From positions 166,985-230,984 of the IMG/VR virus record IMGVR_UViG_3300011774_000001: a stretch of 64,000 nucleotides of DNA. One strand, written 5' to 3'. Under the pieces are notes generated by a model. That model was not told the origin of the DNA, made no database searches, and saw only the letters and a program-made list of their open reading frames with translations. The position numbers were made by a program, and so were the translations under genes. Shown one piece after another: positions 38,288 to 48,176 of the stretch. The first letter of the stretch is position 1. Each line of letters begins with the position of its first letter. The stretch comes from a virus. Taxonomy: Duplodnaviria; Caudoviricetes.

Positions 38288-38734
38288 ATGGCCGAACTCA
38301 AAATCACCCGCAAGAAGTCGGGCTCGATCGTTGCCAACATCAACCAGATGCTGACCGCCACCAAAGTCGACGCGATGGACCGTACCCCGGTTACCGAGCT
38401 GGGCTTTGCTGAGCTGATCGCAGCTACCCTGCCGTTGGCTCCTGAAGGCCAGGACGTGGCTGACTTCTACCGCACCAACTGCCTCGATGGCGTCAAGGCG
38501 TTCCTCGACCAGGCTGTGGAACTCGTCCAGATCAACCAGGAACAAACCCTGCTGGCGGTGTTCGGCGTTTACGCTTACCGCATCTCGGTCATCCAGCCGA
38601 GCAACCTGACCGACGTACGTCCGTGCATTGGCCGCTACATGCGCAAACTGCCTCAGCGTCATGCTGACATGGTTGCCAAGTACCCGACCCTGAACGAGAA
38701 CTACTGGGCTCTGGCTGACAGCATCTACGTGTGA
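38288..38734 (+). CDS. Probable virion protein (148 aa)
   Basis: SD AAGGAG, strong codon bias, structural operon. Confidence 0.7.
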   Translation: MAELKITRKKSGSIVANINQMLTATKVDAMDRTPVTELGFAELIAATLPLAPEGQDVADFYRTNCLDGVKAFLDQAVELVQINQEQTLLAVFGVYAYRISVIQPSNLTDVRPCIGRYMRKLPQRHADMVAKYPTLNENYWALADSIYV

Positions 38735-38744
38735 GGTAGCTGTC

Positions 38745-40082
38745 ATGAAGATGATCACCGAAAACCTGAACGAGGATTGGATGAAGGATAACCCCGAGTA
38801 TTTCTCGGGGCTGGCCTCCACCTACGCCACGCTCAAGAATGACCGCCTGGTTAGCCAGGAGATGGTGAGCCCCTACATCCAGAACTTCCCGATGAACATC
38901 TCGCTGAGCAACTTCAGTGAGCAACCGTCGGAGAAGGGATTGGAGATTGCGCTGGAAGGCTTTGCTGTCCTCTTTAAGGTGGCAGCAGGTGTATTGCTGG
39001 TGTCTGCCCTGGGTGTTTGTATCTTTAACTTCGTACGCTCTCGTAAGGCGGCTGAGGCCACCACCAACTATGCGAGCAACGGGGTTGTGCTGAACAAGGA
39101 GATCACCAAACTGGTAGCCGGTATCCGTGCTGCCAAAGGTTTCCATGACCGCACTCAGAAGATCAAGGCCAGCGACCTCCCTGCAGGCATGTCTCGTCGG
39201 GCGCTGCACTTGTCTGGCGAGATCACCTACAACGAGTGGGCCAGTGCCTTCTATGCGTACGGCCATGACCAGCACTTTGTCAATGCCATCGCCTCCAAGG
39301 TTGCCACCAACCAGTTCCCGAGTGTGACCGAGCACCTCATGACGCCAATGGCCGACTACCTGTCGGATCTGGGTGGTCGTGTGAAACAGCTCGCGCTTAT
39401 TGTTCAGGACCTGCCCACCGCACTGAATGCCGGTCGTCTTCCACAGGTTGTGAAGCAGATCGAGGAGTTGAACATCCAGGCAGTCCGTGCAACCTTCTTG
39501 GGTCATCTGGAACGCGTCTACGGCAAAGAGCTGTCTCAGCCCCGCACCGTTCTGCCATCCAACAGCGCCCTGCTGATGGACAGCCGTGTTACCTCTCTGA
39601 AAGAGTTCTACGACGCTACTCGTGACGATAAGAACTTTGTACGGGACCACTACCAGAGCAATCTGGACAAGTGGAAGAATGGCGATGTAGAAGGTATGTT
39701 GGGTCGTATTCCACAGATCTGCGAACAGGCTTCCAAGTTGGGTGCTGCTCCTTCTCTCTCCACGGGCAAGAACGTCGTGGATGAGTGTGAGAAGCTGCGT
39801 CAGAAATTGGCCAACATGGAAGTCCCTGAAGTCGTCGAAGATGCCATGAAGGCCATCCTTGAAGACATTCGTCTGGACTCTGTGGCTTCGGTCAACCTGT
39901 TTGAAATGGTGATCAACGAACAACGTCAGTTCACCATCTACATTCAGGACATCCTGAACCAGACCATCGAGTGGGCTGCTGCGGTTGGTGCGTTCACCCG
40001 ACCAGGTGATCCAAACGCTGCGAAGAAGCTACTGCGTGACGTCCAGGATGCCTCCCAGGCGACGCGTAAGGTCAAACTTTAA
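38745..40082 (+). CDS. Head/ejection protein with propeptide and TM helix
   Basis: F...PS..G..IALE-G followed by a ~20-aa hydrophobic helix. Confidence 0.7.
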   Translation: MKMITENLNEDWMKDNPEYFSGLASTYATLKNDRLVSQEMVSPYIQNFPMNISLSNFSEQPSEKGLEIALEGFAVLFKVAAGVLLVSALGVCIFNFVRSRKAAEATTNYASNGVVLNKEITKLVAGIRAAKGFHDRTQKIKASDLPAGMSRRALHLSGEITYNEWASAFYAYGHDQHFVNAIASKVATNQFPSVTEHLMTPMADYLSDLGGRVKQLALIVQDLPTALNAGRLPQVVKQIEELNIQAVRATFLGHLERVYGKELSQPRTVLPSNSALLMDSRVTSLKEFYDATRDDKNFVRDHYQSNLDKWKNGDVEGMLGRIPQICEQASKLGAAPSLSTGKNVVDECEKLRQKLANMEVPEVVEDAMKAILEDIRLDSVASVNLFEMVINEQRQFTIYIQDILNQTIEWAAAVGAFTRPGDPNAAKKLLRDVQDASQATRKVKL

Positions 40083-40089
40083 TCCATCC

Positions 40090-40124
40090 ACCCCCTACAG
40101 GGCAATCGCTCTTGTAGGGGGTTT
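40090..40124 (+). terminator. Hairpin (terminator or processing site)
   Basis: ACCCCCTACAGGGC-AATC-GCTCTTGTAGGGGGT. Confidence 0.55.
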
Positions 40125-40136
40125 CAGGAGCTTTTT

Positions 40137-43100
40137 ATGAAGAACTACGATTTGGCCGCATTGGCGCAAGCGCCGGGCAAGGACTTGGTCGAATTCATCG
40201 GCCAGAACGAGAAGGTCCTCGCTGAGGTCGCAGTGCATGCTGCCAACCTAGAACGACTGCGCGGCACCAGTCAGGCTCACGCCCTGGGCTACATGGAATA
40301 CATGCCCGATGAAATCACCATGCAGGACTTTGACACTCACCTGTCGAAGAAAGGCTACCAGATGTCCATGGAAGCTCTGCACACCGTTCTGCTGGTTGCA
40401 GCCTCTGCTGCAGTCGTGGCGGGCATTGGCCTGATCGCCTACAAGCTGTTCCGCGCTGCTCAGTCCAAAGAGCCGAAGTCTGCCAATCACGTTGAAAAGC
40501 AGAAGCAGGTTCACGACATGGCTCTGCACCTGATCAAGATCAACTTCACCGGCGCCAGCGCCCCCACTCAGATGGCGTTGAAAGAACGCTTCCTGGCTGA
40601 CAGTGTAAAAGAAGTTGTGGCCAATATGTCCGATGCGGATATCCTGAACAACACTTTCGTTGCTTATGCCCGCAGCGAGATGTTCCGTTCCCAGCCTTCG
40701 TACCTGTCGTCGGTGGCCACCCTGCGCGGTGACCAGTCGCTGTTCCTCAATGCGGCCATGATCTATCTGGGCGGGGTCAAGGAATCGTTGGAAAACTTCC
40801 GTCGTGATTTCCTCGACGTGGTAGCCAATGCCCCGGACATCACCGACTACCAGATGATCAACCTGATCAATGGTCTCAAGTGGGACCGTATCGAAGGCGG
40901 CAGTCATGCGGGTGTGCAAGCAGTCTTTGCCTATGCCCAAGCCATGGGTACCCCGGTCACCAACCGTGTGGAAGAAACCCTCAAGACAGCCCTTGACATT
41001 CTGGTGGCTCCAATCACCCTGGATCAGGTCCGTGCCTACGACCCTGACATGGCCCCTGCCACTATCCCGAAAGGCGGCTATTCGAAGCTGTGGGCTCTGC
41101 TGGCCAGCCTCAAGGAAACCGGTAAGTATATCGAAGGTGCCAAAGGTAACTTCACCACCGGTGAGAAGCGTAGCAAACAAGTGGTTGACCTGTACAAGGC
41201 TCAGATCGATCGTGCCTCGGCCATTGCTGACAGCGTCGGCATCATCGAGCAGTTGGCCCGTGCTGAAAGTGACGCCATCACTCGCGGCATGAAGATCCAG
41301 GTCGATGCTTCCAAGCACCTGCTCAACGCCATTGAAGATGTGGCCGACAAGCTGGAAGACAAAGAAGCAGCCAAAGAGATCAAGGAAGCACTGGCCGACG
41401 TAGCCAAGGCAACCGCCAAGATCATGACCATGAAGACTGAAGGCCTGGTCGATTACCGCACCTTGCCGATCAGCTATGCTCAGGTCATGGAGCTGGAAGG
41501 TCGTAACCCATGGATGGAACTGCTCAAGTCCATCGGTGTGGCAGTGGCAATTGGTCTGGCTGTCTATGCGGTGCAAGCGCTGGTTCTGTCCATGCTGGGT
41601 CTGCAGTCGATGGCAGCTTCCTTTGCCGGTGGCGTTGTCTACATGCAGAAGAACGGCAAGCGCATCACTCCTGGTGAAGCCGCTGACATGGTCGCTGCTG
41701 AAGCCGAGAAGAACCGTCTGGGCAAGTACGGCGTGTACATGCTGTCCAAGCAGAATGCTCTGCCCTTTAAGCCTACTGAGCGTCACTTGGGTTCGGGCTT
41801 CAATGAAGTGGCTGCAGGTGTGGTTGATGGCCTGCGTGGTTTCTCTGGCAAGCTGCACGGCAAGCCTACCGAACAGGACGTGGTCAATGCTTCCAAGGCC
41901 GGGTCTAACTCGATCAAGCATTCGATCAACATCCTCAAGGGTCGTCTACAGGACATGGGCTTCAAGGTTCCAGCCGGTGACCCACACGTCCCAGCTACCA
42001 CCCACAACCTGCGTGACGAGATGGAGCGTTTCTTCGAGGAGTGGTTCAGTCCTGAGAAGGCTGACTACAACCAGATCAAACGCGGTATCGATACCACCTG
42101 GATGGGTATCCTGGACGCCAAGGCAGAAGAGCATGTCGAGAAGAATGCCAAACTGCTGACCGAGGGTATCACCAACTTCTCCAAGACTATTCCTGCGATC
42201 GACAAGGAACAGCTCAAGGCGATGTCGGAAGAGACTCAGTCCGTTCACGCTGCGTTCACTCAGGAACTGGCCTACTTGGCCGCGCTGGGTCATGTGGTTA
42301 CCGAACTGACCAAGAAGGCAATTCGTGACGGCGCCATGGCGATGAAGTCTGTTCGCTCCCAACTGAAAATGAAGGGTGAGGACATCGGTGGTCTGGACGA
42401 CATCGAAGAAACCGAAGACGACATGCCGGTTTACGAAGAGTCGATCGATCCGCTGGTTGACGGCGCAGAGGCCATGGCCGACCTGTACGTTGATGAGCAG
42501 GCCGATGTGGTCATGGCTCAGGAAGACTGGAAGAAGACCACGATCGCTTTGGCCAAGGTTGTCGGTATCGTTGCCATTCTGGGCGCCGGTGCCTATCTAC
42601 TGCTCAGTATGTCCACCAACCGCCGTTCCAGCAGCTCCTTTGCTACGGACAAGTTGTTCAAGGACATTCAGCGTGACCTGGATGCATCGCTGCGCTCTGC
42701 CGAGTTCTCTGCTCGCATGAATGCCAACAGCGAGAAGATCCGCGACAAGTTCCAGGACGACCTGCAGCGTATGCGTGATGCTCAGGACAAAGCCCGCCAA
42801 TCGGCTACCCAGCCGAGCGAGAAGGAGGTCAAAGGTCAACGCGTTGATCCAGGCGCAGCAACCCCTGCCTCGGTACATCCGCGCATTGGTGAGTTGGAAC
42901 AACCCGTGGGTGGCTCGAACGATGCCTCTACCCCGCTGTACGGGCGTGCTGCTCAACCCGTCTCCGATTCGGAAAGCTTGGAGATCGCCAAAAAGGTTGA
43001 TCGCCTGATCGAGAACATTGGTAAGTACGACTATGTCGGCCCACTGACCAAGCGTCTGATCGAGCGTACACCTAGCCGCATTGGTCTACTGATGGCAACC

Positions 43101-43844
43101 GGTACGTTCAACAACGTTACCGACATTGTCACCAAAGACCGCGAGAAGCGTGTCGACAAGCTGACTGAGGCCATGGACTGGGTGCTGGAAGATATCATCA
43201 GCCCAGTGATCAAGGTCGTTGAGTCGCCTGACCACGAAGCCGAGGCCGCCCGCATCTACCCGAAAGTGGTGCAGGAGATCACGGAGTTCAAGGAATGGCT
43301 GACCAATGAAGGGTTGGACAACGAGCAAATTCTGGAAGACATCGGTCAGCGCATCGCTGGTTACCAAACCGAAGTCACCGGGGACGACATCAACCGCGCC
43401 ATGCAGTCTTTCGATTCGAAGGCTGTGGCCAATGCTGAGCGTCGTTACATCTCTGCGACCAAGGACTACAACTCCATCAACCTGAACCTGGACTCGGCCT
43501 GGAAGGACAACAAGGACTTCCTGAACAGCCGCATCGGCGAGAAGTACAACACGCTGAAAGGCAACCGCGATCAGACCTCCAAACTCATTCGCCGTATCGA
43601 AGAGTTCAAACCTACGTTCAACCATCTGGCCCGTGTGGTCAAGGCGAACGTGGCGCTGAGCGACATCATCTTCGAAGGTGCTGAGTTCACCCTGCGTATC
43701 CACCGCTCTGTACAGCGCGAGTTGGCTGAACAGATCAAGGCTGACGTCATGACGGCTGAAGAGATCAAAGCCCGTCTGGGTGGTATCTCCAATGCCATGG
43801 ACGAAATCATCAACGAACTGGACGACAATAAACCGAAGTCCTAA
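40137..43844 (+). CDS. Large head/ejection protein, three-module putative polyprotein (1235 aa)
   Basis: Three x-x-E sites (SME, KTE/ELE, AQE), each followed by a hydrophobic helix and a ~350-430-aa helical body. Confidence 0.7.
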   Translation: MKNYDLAALAQAPGKDLVEFIGQNEKVLAEVAVHAANLERLRGTSQAHALGYMEYMPDEITMQDFDTHLSKKGYQMSMEALHTVLLVAASAAVVAGIGLIAYKLFRAAQSKEPKSANHVEKQKQVHDMALHLIKINFTGASAPTQMALKERFLADSVKEVVANMSDADILNNTFVAYARSEMFRSQPSYLSSVATLRGDQSLFLNAAMIYLGGVKESLENFRRDFLDVVANAPDITDYQMINLINGLKWDRIEGGSHAGVQAVFAYAQAMGTPVTNRVEETLKTALDILVAPITLDQVRAYDPDMAPATIPKGGYSKLWALLASLKETGKYIEGAKGNFTTGEKRSKQVVDLYKAQIDRASAIADSVGIIEQLARAESDAITRGMKIQVDASKHLLNAIEDVADKLEDKEAAKEIKEALADVAKATAKIMTMKTEGLVDYRTLPISYAQVMELEGRNPWMELLKSIGVAVAIGLAVYAVQALVLSMLGLQSMAASFAGGVVYMQKNGKRITPGEAADMVAAEAEKNRLGKYGVYMLSKQNALPFKPTERHLGSGFNEVAAGVVDGLRGFSGKLHGKPTEQDVVNASKAGSNSIKHSINILKGRLQDMGFKVPAGDPHVPATTHNLRDEMERFFEEWFSPEKADYNQIKRGIDTTWMGILDAKAEEHVEKNAKLLTEGITNFSKTIPAIDKEQLKAMSEETQSVHAAFTQELAYLAALGHVVTELTKKAIRDGAMAMKSVRSQLKMKGEDIGGLDDIEETEDDMPVYEESIDPLVDGAEAMADLYVDEQADVVMAQEDWKKTTIALAKVVGIVAILGAGAYLLLSMSTNRRSSSSFATDKLFKDIQRDLDASLRSAEFSARMNANSEKIRDKFQDDLQRMRDAQDKARQSATQPSEKEVKGQRVDPGAATPASVHPRIGELEQPVGGSNDASTPLYGRAAQPVSDSESLEIAKKVDRLIENIGKYDYVGPLTKRLIERTPSRIGLLMATGTFNNVTDIVTKDREKRVDKLTEAMDWVLEDIISPVIKVVESPDHEAEAARIYPKVVQEITEFKEWLTNEGLDNEQILEDIGQRIAGYQTEVTGDDINRAMQSFDSKAVANAERRYISATKDYNSINLNLDSAWKDNKDFLNSRIGEKYNTLKGNRDQTSKLIRRIEEFKPTFNHLARVVKANVALSDIIFEGAEFTLRIHRSVQRELAEQIKADVMTAEEIKARLGGISNAMDEIINELDDNKPKS

Positions 43845-43856
43845 GAGGAGAAGCTC

Positions 43857-45203
43857 GTGCGCGATTTCGTCCTAGCGATGGAAGAGCTGTTCGAGGACCT
43901 GACTGGTGAAGCGCCTACCCCCTTGGCTGACCTGATTCGTCGGGAAGCCGAGGAGGAGGCCCCCACCTACGGGGAAACGGACGGCGCAGATCTGGAGGAT
44001 CAGATCTATACGGCCCAGCAACGTGAAGATGAGTTGGTCAACATTGTGGAAATGCTCCAGACCTCTGGTGGCGTATCCCGCGACATGGCTAACTCGTTCC
44101 GTGATGTCCTGCCTGAACACATGGCATTGGAATCTTTCACAACGCAGGTCACCAAAACCAACCACGTCATGTGCTTGGAGTTCGTCGGTACCGCTGTGAA
44201 GTTGGCAGCGGCTGCTGGATTGGTTGCGTTGGTCGGGGCTATCGGGTATGCGATCTATCGTATCACCAAGTCCCAAAAGCGCATGCCGAAGAACAAGTTG
44301 GATAAGGCCGTGTCTGCGGCGTTCGCCTCTGCCGAAGAGCAACTCAAGGTAGTGATCGAACGTCTCAAACACGAGTATACCGACATCGAGCACAAAGACC
44401 TCAACTGGAACAAGCAAGACGCCTTGGTTCAGGCTGCCGTACAGGCCGGTGTACAAGAGCTGGACGTTCGACTGATGTCGGGCACCTACTCTTCACTGAT
44501 CGAGAAAGCCGCCCCCGATTCGTTTGCCCAAGCCCAGCAGGTCAAGCAGTTCTTTGAAAGCACCATCTTCCCAGAACTTGAGAAGATGATCCGCGGTGGT
44601 ACGGGTAAAGACTTGGATGCTGTCGGCAGTAAGTTGCAGGACTTCAAGTTCGAGGACCGTGTGTCCAAACACTTGGAAGCCTTTGGCCGCGACATGCAGG
44701 TTAACTTTGAAAAGCCTGAACAGGTTTGTGAGAAGTTCCGTGCCAAGTATTCCCGCGGCGTACCTGCCGATGAAGTTGCCCGTCAACTCAAAGGCGGTAA
44801 GATGGGTCCAGCCAACATCCCTGAGCAATCCGCTGCACAGATGTACAAAGCTCAGGACGTGATGACTGGCCTGTTGTCCAAAATCAAAGCCTACGAAAAG
44901 AAGATGGAGAAGACTAAAGAACTTCCCGCCGACTACGTGGGTCAGATGAAGGCCGTGCTACAGAAGTGCAAAGAGCCTATCTCTTCTTTGGGTGACGTGT
45001 TCGCCATTCTGGAGATCGAGATCGCTTCTCAAACCCGTTGTGCCAAGATCAAGGGCATGGCAGTCGCTGATGGCTTCAAGTCGGTGTCTAACCATTACCA
45101 GGAGATGGCTATGACGGACAAGGAGCATAAGGCTCAGTACCGTGCTTGTGTCAAGGAGCTGGACAAAGCCTTCGACAATATCAAGAGTGGTCTGAAGTTG
45201 TGA
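43857..45203 (+). CDS. Head/ejection protein with propeptide and TM helix
   Basis: AME, ALE and CLE sites in an acidic N-terminus, then VGTAVKLAAAAGLVALVGAIGYAIY. Confidence 0.7.
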   Translation: MRDFVLAMEELFEDLTGEAPTPLADLIRREAEEEAPTYGETDGADLEDQIYTAQQREDELVNIVEMLQTSGGVSRDMANSFRDVLPEHMALESFTTQVTKTNHVMCLEFVGTAVKLAAAAGLVALVGAIGYAIYRITKSQKRMPKNKLDKAVSAAFASAEEQLKVVIERLKHEYTDIEHKDLNWNKQDALVQAAVQAGVQELDVRLMSGTYSSLIEKAAPDSFAQAQQVKQFFESTIFPELEKMIRGGTGKDLDAVGSKLQDFKFEDRVSKHLEAFGRDMQVNFEKPEQVCEKFRAKYSRGVPADEVARQLKGGKMGPANIPEQSAAQMYKAQDVMTGLLSKIKAYEKKMEKTKELPADYVGQMKAVLQKCKEPISSLGDVFAILEIEIASQTRCAKIKGMAVADGFKSVSNHYQEMAMTDKEHKAQYRACVKELDKAFDNIKSGLKL

Positions 45204-45241
45204 CATACGCCCCCGGCCCATTGCGGGCCGGGGGCTATGCC
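45203..45241. terminator. Bidirectional terminator-like hairpin
   Basis: ACATAC-GCCCCCGGCCC-ATTGC-GGGCCGGGGGC-TATGCC. Confidence 0.7.
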
Positions 45242-45242
45242 G

Positions 45243-48176
45243 TCAGTCGCTACCGCGTGCTGGTAGGTGTTTTACAAACGAGAAGTCAACATCTTCTTCC
45301 ACAGTGAAAGTACCGTCCGGCAATGCAGTCAGCTTCTTGGCAATGGATAAGCGTCCACTGTCGTCAGCCATCGTTACCAGCGGATAGTTCTTGTCACCAC
45401 CCAGACCCGTGATACGGATAGCCAGTGCACTGCCGCCAGAGTTGTCCTTGGCTTTGTTGGCAATGTCTTGGACAACCGTAGTAGCCTGAGTAAGACCTTC
45501 TGCCAGGAAGCCGATGATCGACGTCCGCATCTTGTCCTGCAGCTCTGCGTTCTTCCAGTCGTTTTCGTTCATGTATACCGTCACCTTGAAAGACTGCTCA
45601 GCATTCAGGGTAACCGTTGCACCGCCTTCCACAATGCACTTGAGCATGCCCGTGGTGGCCAGTGGTTTCAAGAACAGCGTGGTCTTTTCCAGCACCCGCT
45701 TGTTGGTGTTTGCCATGTCCGTGCCTGCCCACTGCAAAAGCTTGGTGCAGATCATGGTCATGTAATCGATGGTGGACTGGTCGTTGGCGAAGTAGTAACG
45801 ACCATCGAACAGCGTGAGGTCAATCTGTCTGGCCAGTTGACGACCGGACTTCAGCACCTTGTTACCGTTGATGTCGCGTACAAACTCACCCGCGAACTTC
45901 TCGTACTTAGGCGAGCCATCCTCGTTCAGCTCAGGATCACCTGCCTTGTGGACGATCTCCGTCACCAACTTACCGTCGATGATTTCAACCTTGAGGCTGC
46001 CGTCTGGGTTCGTAGCCAGTTGGTTCTCTTTGTAGAACGCTGGCACGTTGTAGTCGTAAACCTCGTAGTCTTCCTCGGTAGACAGTGTACGGCTACCCGC
46101 CCACAGATACTTAAGTGGCTCACCCAACTTGACCCGCACCTTCTCCTGCAAGATGCCAATGGCGTCGTAGGGCAACATCTGCCGGTTCTTCGCCGTGTCA
46201 ATGCCAGACTCCTTCATGTCCAACACTTTGTAATCGGACACCGTGTAGATGATGTCGAATTCAATGGCCAGATCAATCTGGTGGGGTAGAGGACCATCAC
46301 CAAACATGGAGAAGTTCTTGAGCATCAATGCATCTGTAGAGTCGATCGCGTAGTTCGTCTCCAGCAGGAACTCAAACACCCGGTTGCCATCGCTCTTGGT
46401 GAGTAGGGTCCCGTTGAGATAAGCCATGGTGCTTTCACCCGGTGGGGTGTAAGCCAGTTGCACCTGTACCTGACTGTCATCCAGATCCTGATAGATCTTC
46501 CCGCTCTGAGTCAGCAGGTGGATCAGATAGCCGTTCTCAACGCGGCTAACAACGATAGTCTTGGCCGTCTGCAGATCCAGTTGCAGCGTAGGGTTCTCCA
46601 GCCAGTAACGACGAGAGAGAATCTCAGGGGCATCCAGGTAGTAGCAGCGAACTGCAAAGCTCTCATTGGATGCATCCAGCACCCAGTGGAACGGTGTGAA
46701 GCGATAACCTGCAGAACTCACCTGCCGGGCCATGGCTTCTGGTTTGAGCTGACGCAGTGCGTCGATCTCGTCCTGACGAACAAAGGTCACAGCACCGTCC
46801 ACATGCTTGAACAACACAGATGGATGCAGCGTCACCGAACTACCATTGTGACTCACCCCAGGTACGCCATTGAGATCGGTCAAACTCACAATGATGTTTT
46901 CCACAGCGGCCGTGATCGGCGTTACCGTGTACTTGTCCAGAGGCCCAGCCAGCTGCCGAGTAGCGTTCAGCGTACGACGGGTAATGGCGTCGATGTCTTT
47001 GACCGTGTTGTAATCCGAGTCAAGGAGCACCTGCGCCAAGTTCACCTGAGTGATTGGCAGATTGATCGGTCCGGTGTTGTGTTGCATAACGCGGTCACGC
47101 AGCTCTTCCAGCGTCAGCGCCTTGGCACCGTCCGAGGTGTAGCCATCGGAGTAGATGGAGTACGTGGAGATCTTGCCCCAGTTCGCCGTGTACTTGCCGT
47201 TGTCCTCGTTGTCCAGGTCAATCCATTCCTCGACCCATTCGTTAGGCGCATAGCCGTTCCACTTGACGTCGTTCTCAGCCTTGGTGGTGTAAATGTCCAA
47301 ACGAATCTCGCCACTGATCAGGCCAGTGGTTTGATAGACGATCGGCAACTTGGCTTCGATAACGCCGTTGTAGACCTTGATCAGAATGGTTGGGGTATAC
47401 GGATCAAACACCTGACCCTGATAGGTCACCTGAATCGGCTTCCAACCCAGCGTACCGTCATCACGACGAATGCGGGTGTAGGCTCGGCAGTAGTGGTACA
47501 GATCCTTGTAAGCAATCCGAGTGTTCCACACCACCGCTTGGTTCAGCTGATAGACCTCACTGGCAATGGTCATCTGCGACACCGTCGCTTTGATCATCAG
47601 CATTGGAGTGCCATCGGTGTCGCTGCTCGGAATGGTTTCCAGCAGGTTGCCATTGGCCTCATGCAGAACACCGTTCTCAGGAGAACCATACACCACGTAG
47701 GGGTCGCCCACTGGCGGGATACGGAACTCGATCGGGTATTCCATGGTGAAGGTAGTCACCCCAGCCGTAAAGGTGGAGTTCTTCGGCATCACCAGTTTCT
47801 TCATCCCGCCCGGTGTCACTTCCACGGCGTAGCGCAGAATCTCGTCCCGGCTAACCAGAATCGTGAAAGGAGCCGTCGGGGGCTTGGAGAAGATGTTGAG
47901 GAAGTCGCGGTCGGTCATGTGCAGATAAATGTCTTCTGCAGTCAGGGCCAACGACGGGAAGCGCTTACGGTGCATCACATCGATCGCATTGAGGACATGG
48001 GCACCCGCAGCACCAGCCATCTCCCAGAGGAGCATGAAGGGGTTGGTAGGGTCAACCAGACGGTAGTTACCCGCCAAGTTATCATCCACCGCATCCAGAA
48101 CACTGAGCGCCTTACCCGCTGGGTCAAAGCGCGCATCGTCCATGGCCTTCATCAGGTCTTTACTGGTCATGGTCAT
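45243..48176 (-). CDS. Large virion protein, probable baseplate wedge (phiKZ gp87-like)
   Basis: 977 aa; DPTNPFMLLWE N-terminus and SDGAKALTLEELRDRV (gp6/J-like); synteny. Confidence 0.65.
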   Translation of the reverse strand: MTMTSKDLMKAMDDARFDPAGKALSVLDAVDDNLAGNYRLVDPTNPFMLLWEMAGAAGAHVLNAIDVMHRKRFPSLALTAEDIYLHMTDRDFLNIFSKPPTAPFTILVSRDEILRYAVEVTPGGMKKLVMPKNSTFTAGVTTFTMEYPIEFRIPPVGDPYVVYGSPENGVLHEANGNLLETIPSSDTDGTPMLMIKATVSQMTIASEVYQLNQAVVWNTRIAYKDLYHYCRAYTRIRRDDGTLGWKPIQVTYQGQVFDPYTPTILIKVYNGVIEAKLPIVYQTTGLISGEIRLDIYTTKAENDVKWNGYAPNEWVEEWIDLDNEDNGKYTANWGKISTYSIYSDGYTSDGAKALTLEELRDRVMQHNTGPINLPITQVNLAQVLLDSDYNTVKDIDAITRRTLNATRQLAGPLDKYTVTPITAAVENIIVSLTDLNGVPGVSHNGSSVTLHPSVLFKHVDGAVTFVRQDEIDALRQLKPEAMARQVSSAGYRFTPFHWVLDASNESFAVRCYYLDAPEILSRRYWLENPTLQLDLQTAKTIVVSRVENGYLIHLLTQSGKIYQDLDDSQVQVQLAYTPPGESTMAYLNGTLLTKSDGNRVFEFLLETNYAIDSTDALMLKNFSMFGDGPLPHQIDLAIEFDIIYTVSDYKVLDMKESGIDTAKNRQMLPYDAIGILQEKVRVKLGEPLKYLWAGSRTLSTEEDYEVYDYNVPAFYKENQLATNPDGSLKVEIIDGKLVTEIVHKAGDPELNEDGSPKYEKFAGEFVRDINGNKVLKSGRQLARQIDLTLFDGRYYFANDQSTIDYMTMICTKLLQWAGTDMANTNKRVLEKTTLFLKPLATTGMLKCIVEGGATVTLNAEQSFKVTVYMNENDWKNAELQDKMRTSIIGFLAEGLTQATTVVQDIANKAKDNSGGSALAIRITGLGGDKNYPLVTMADDSGRLSIAKKLTALPDGTFTVEEDVDFSFVKHLPARGSD

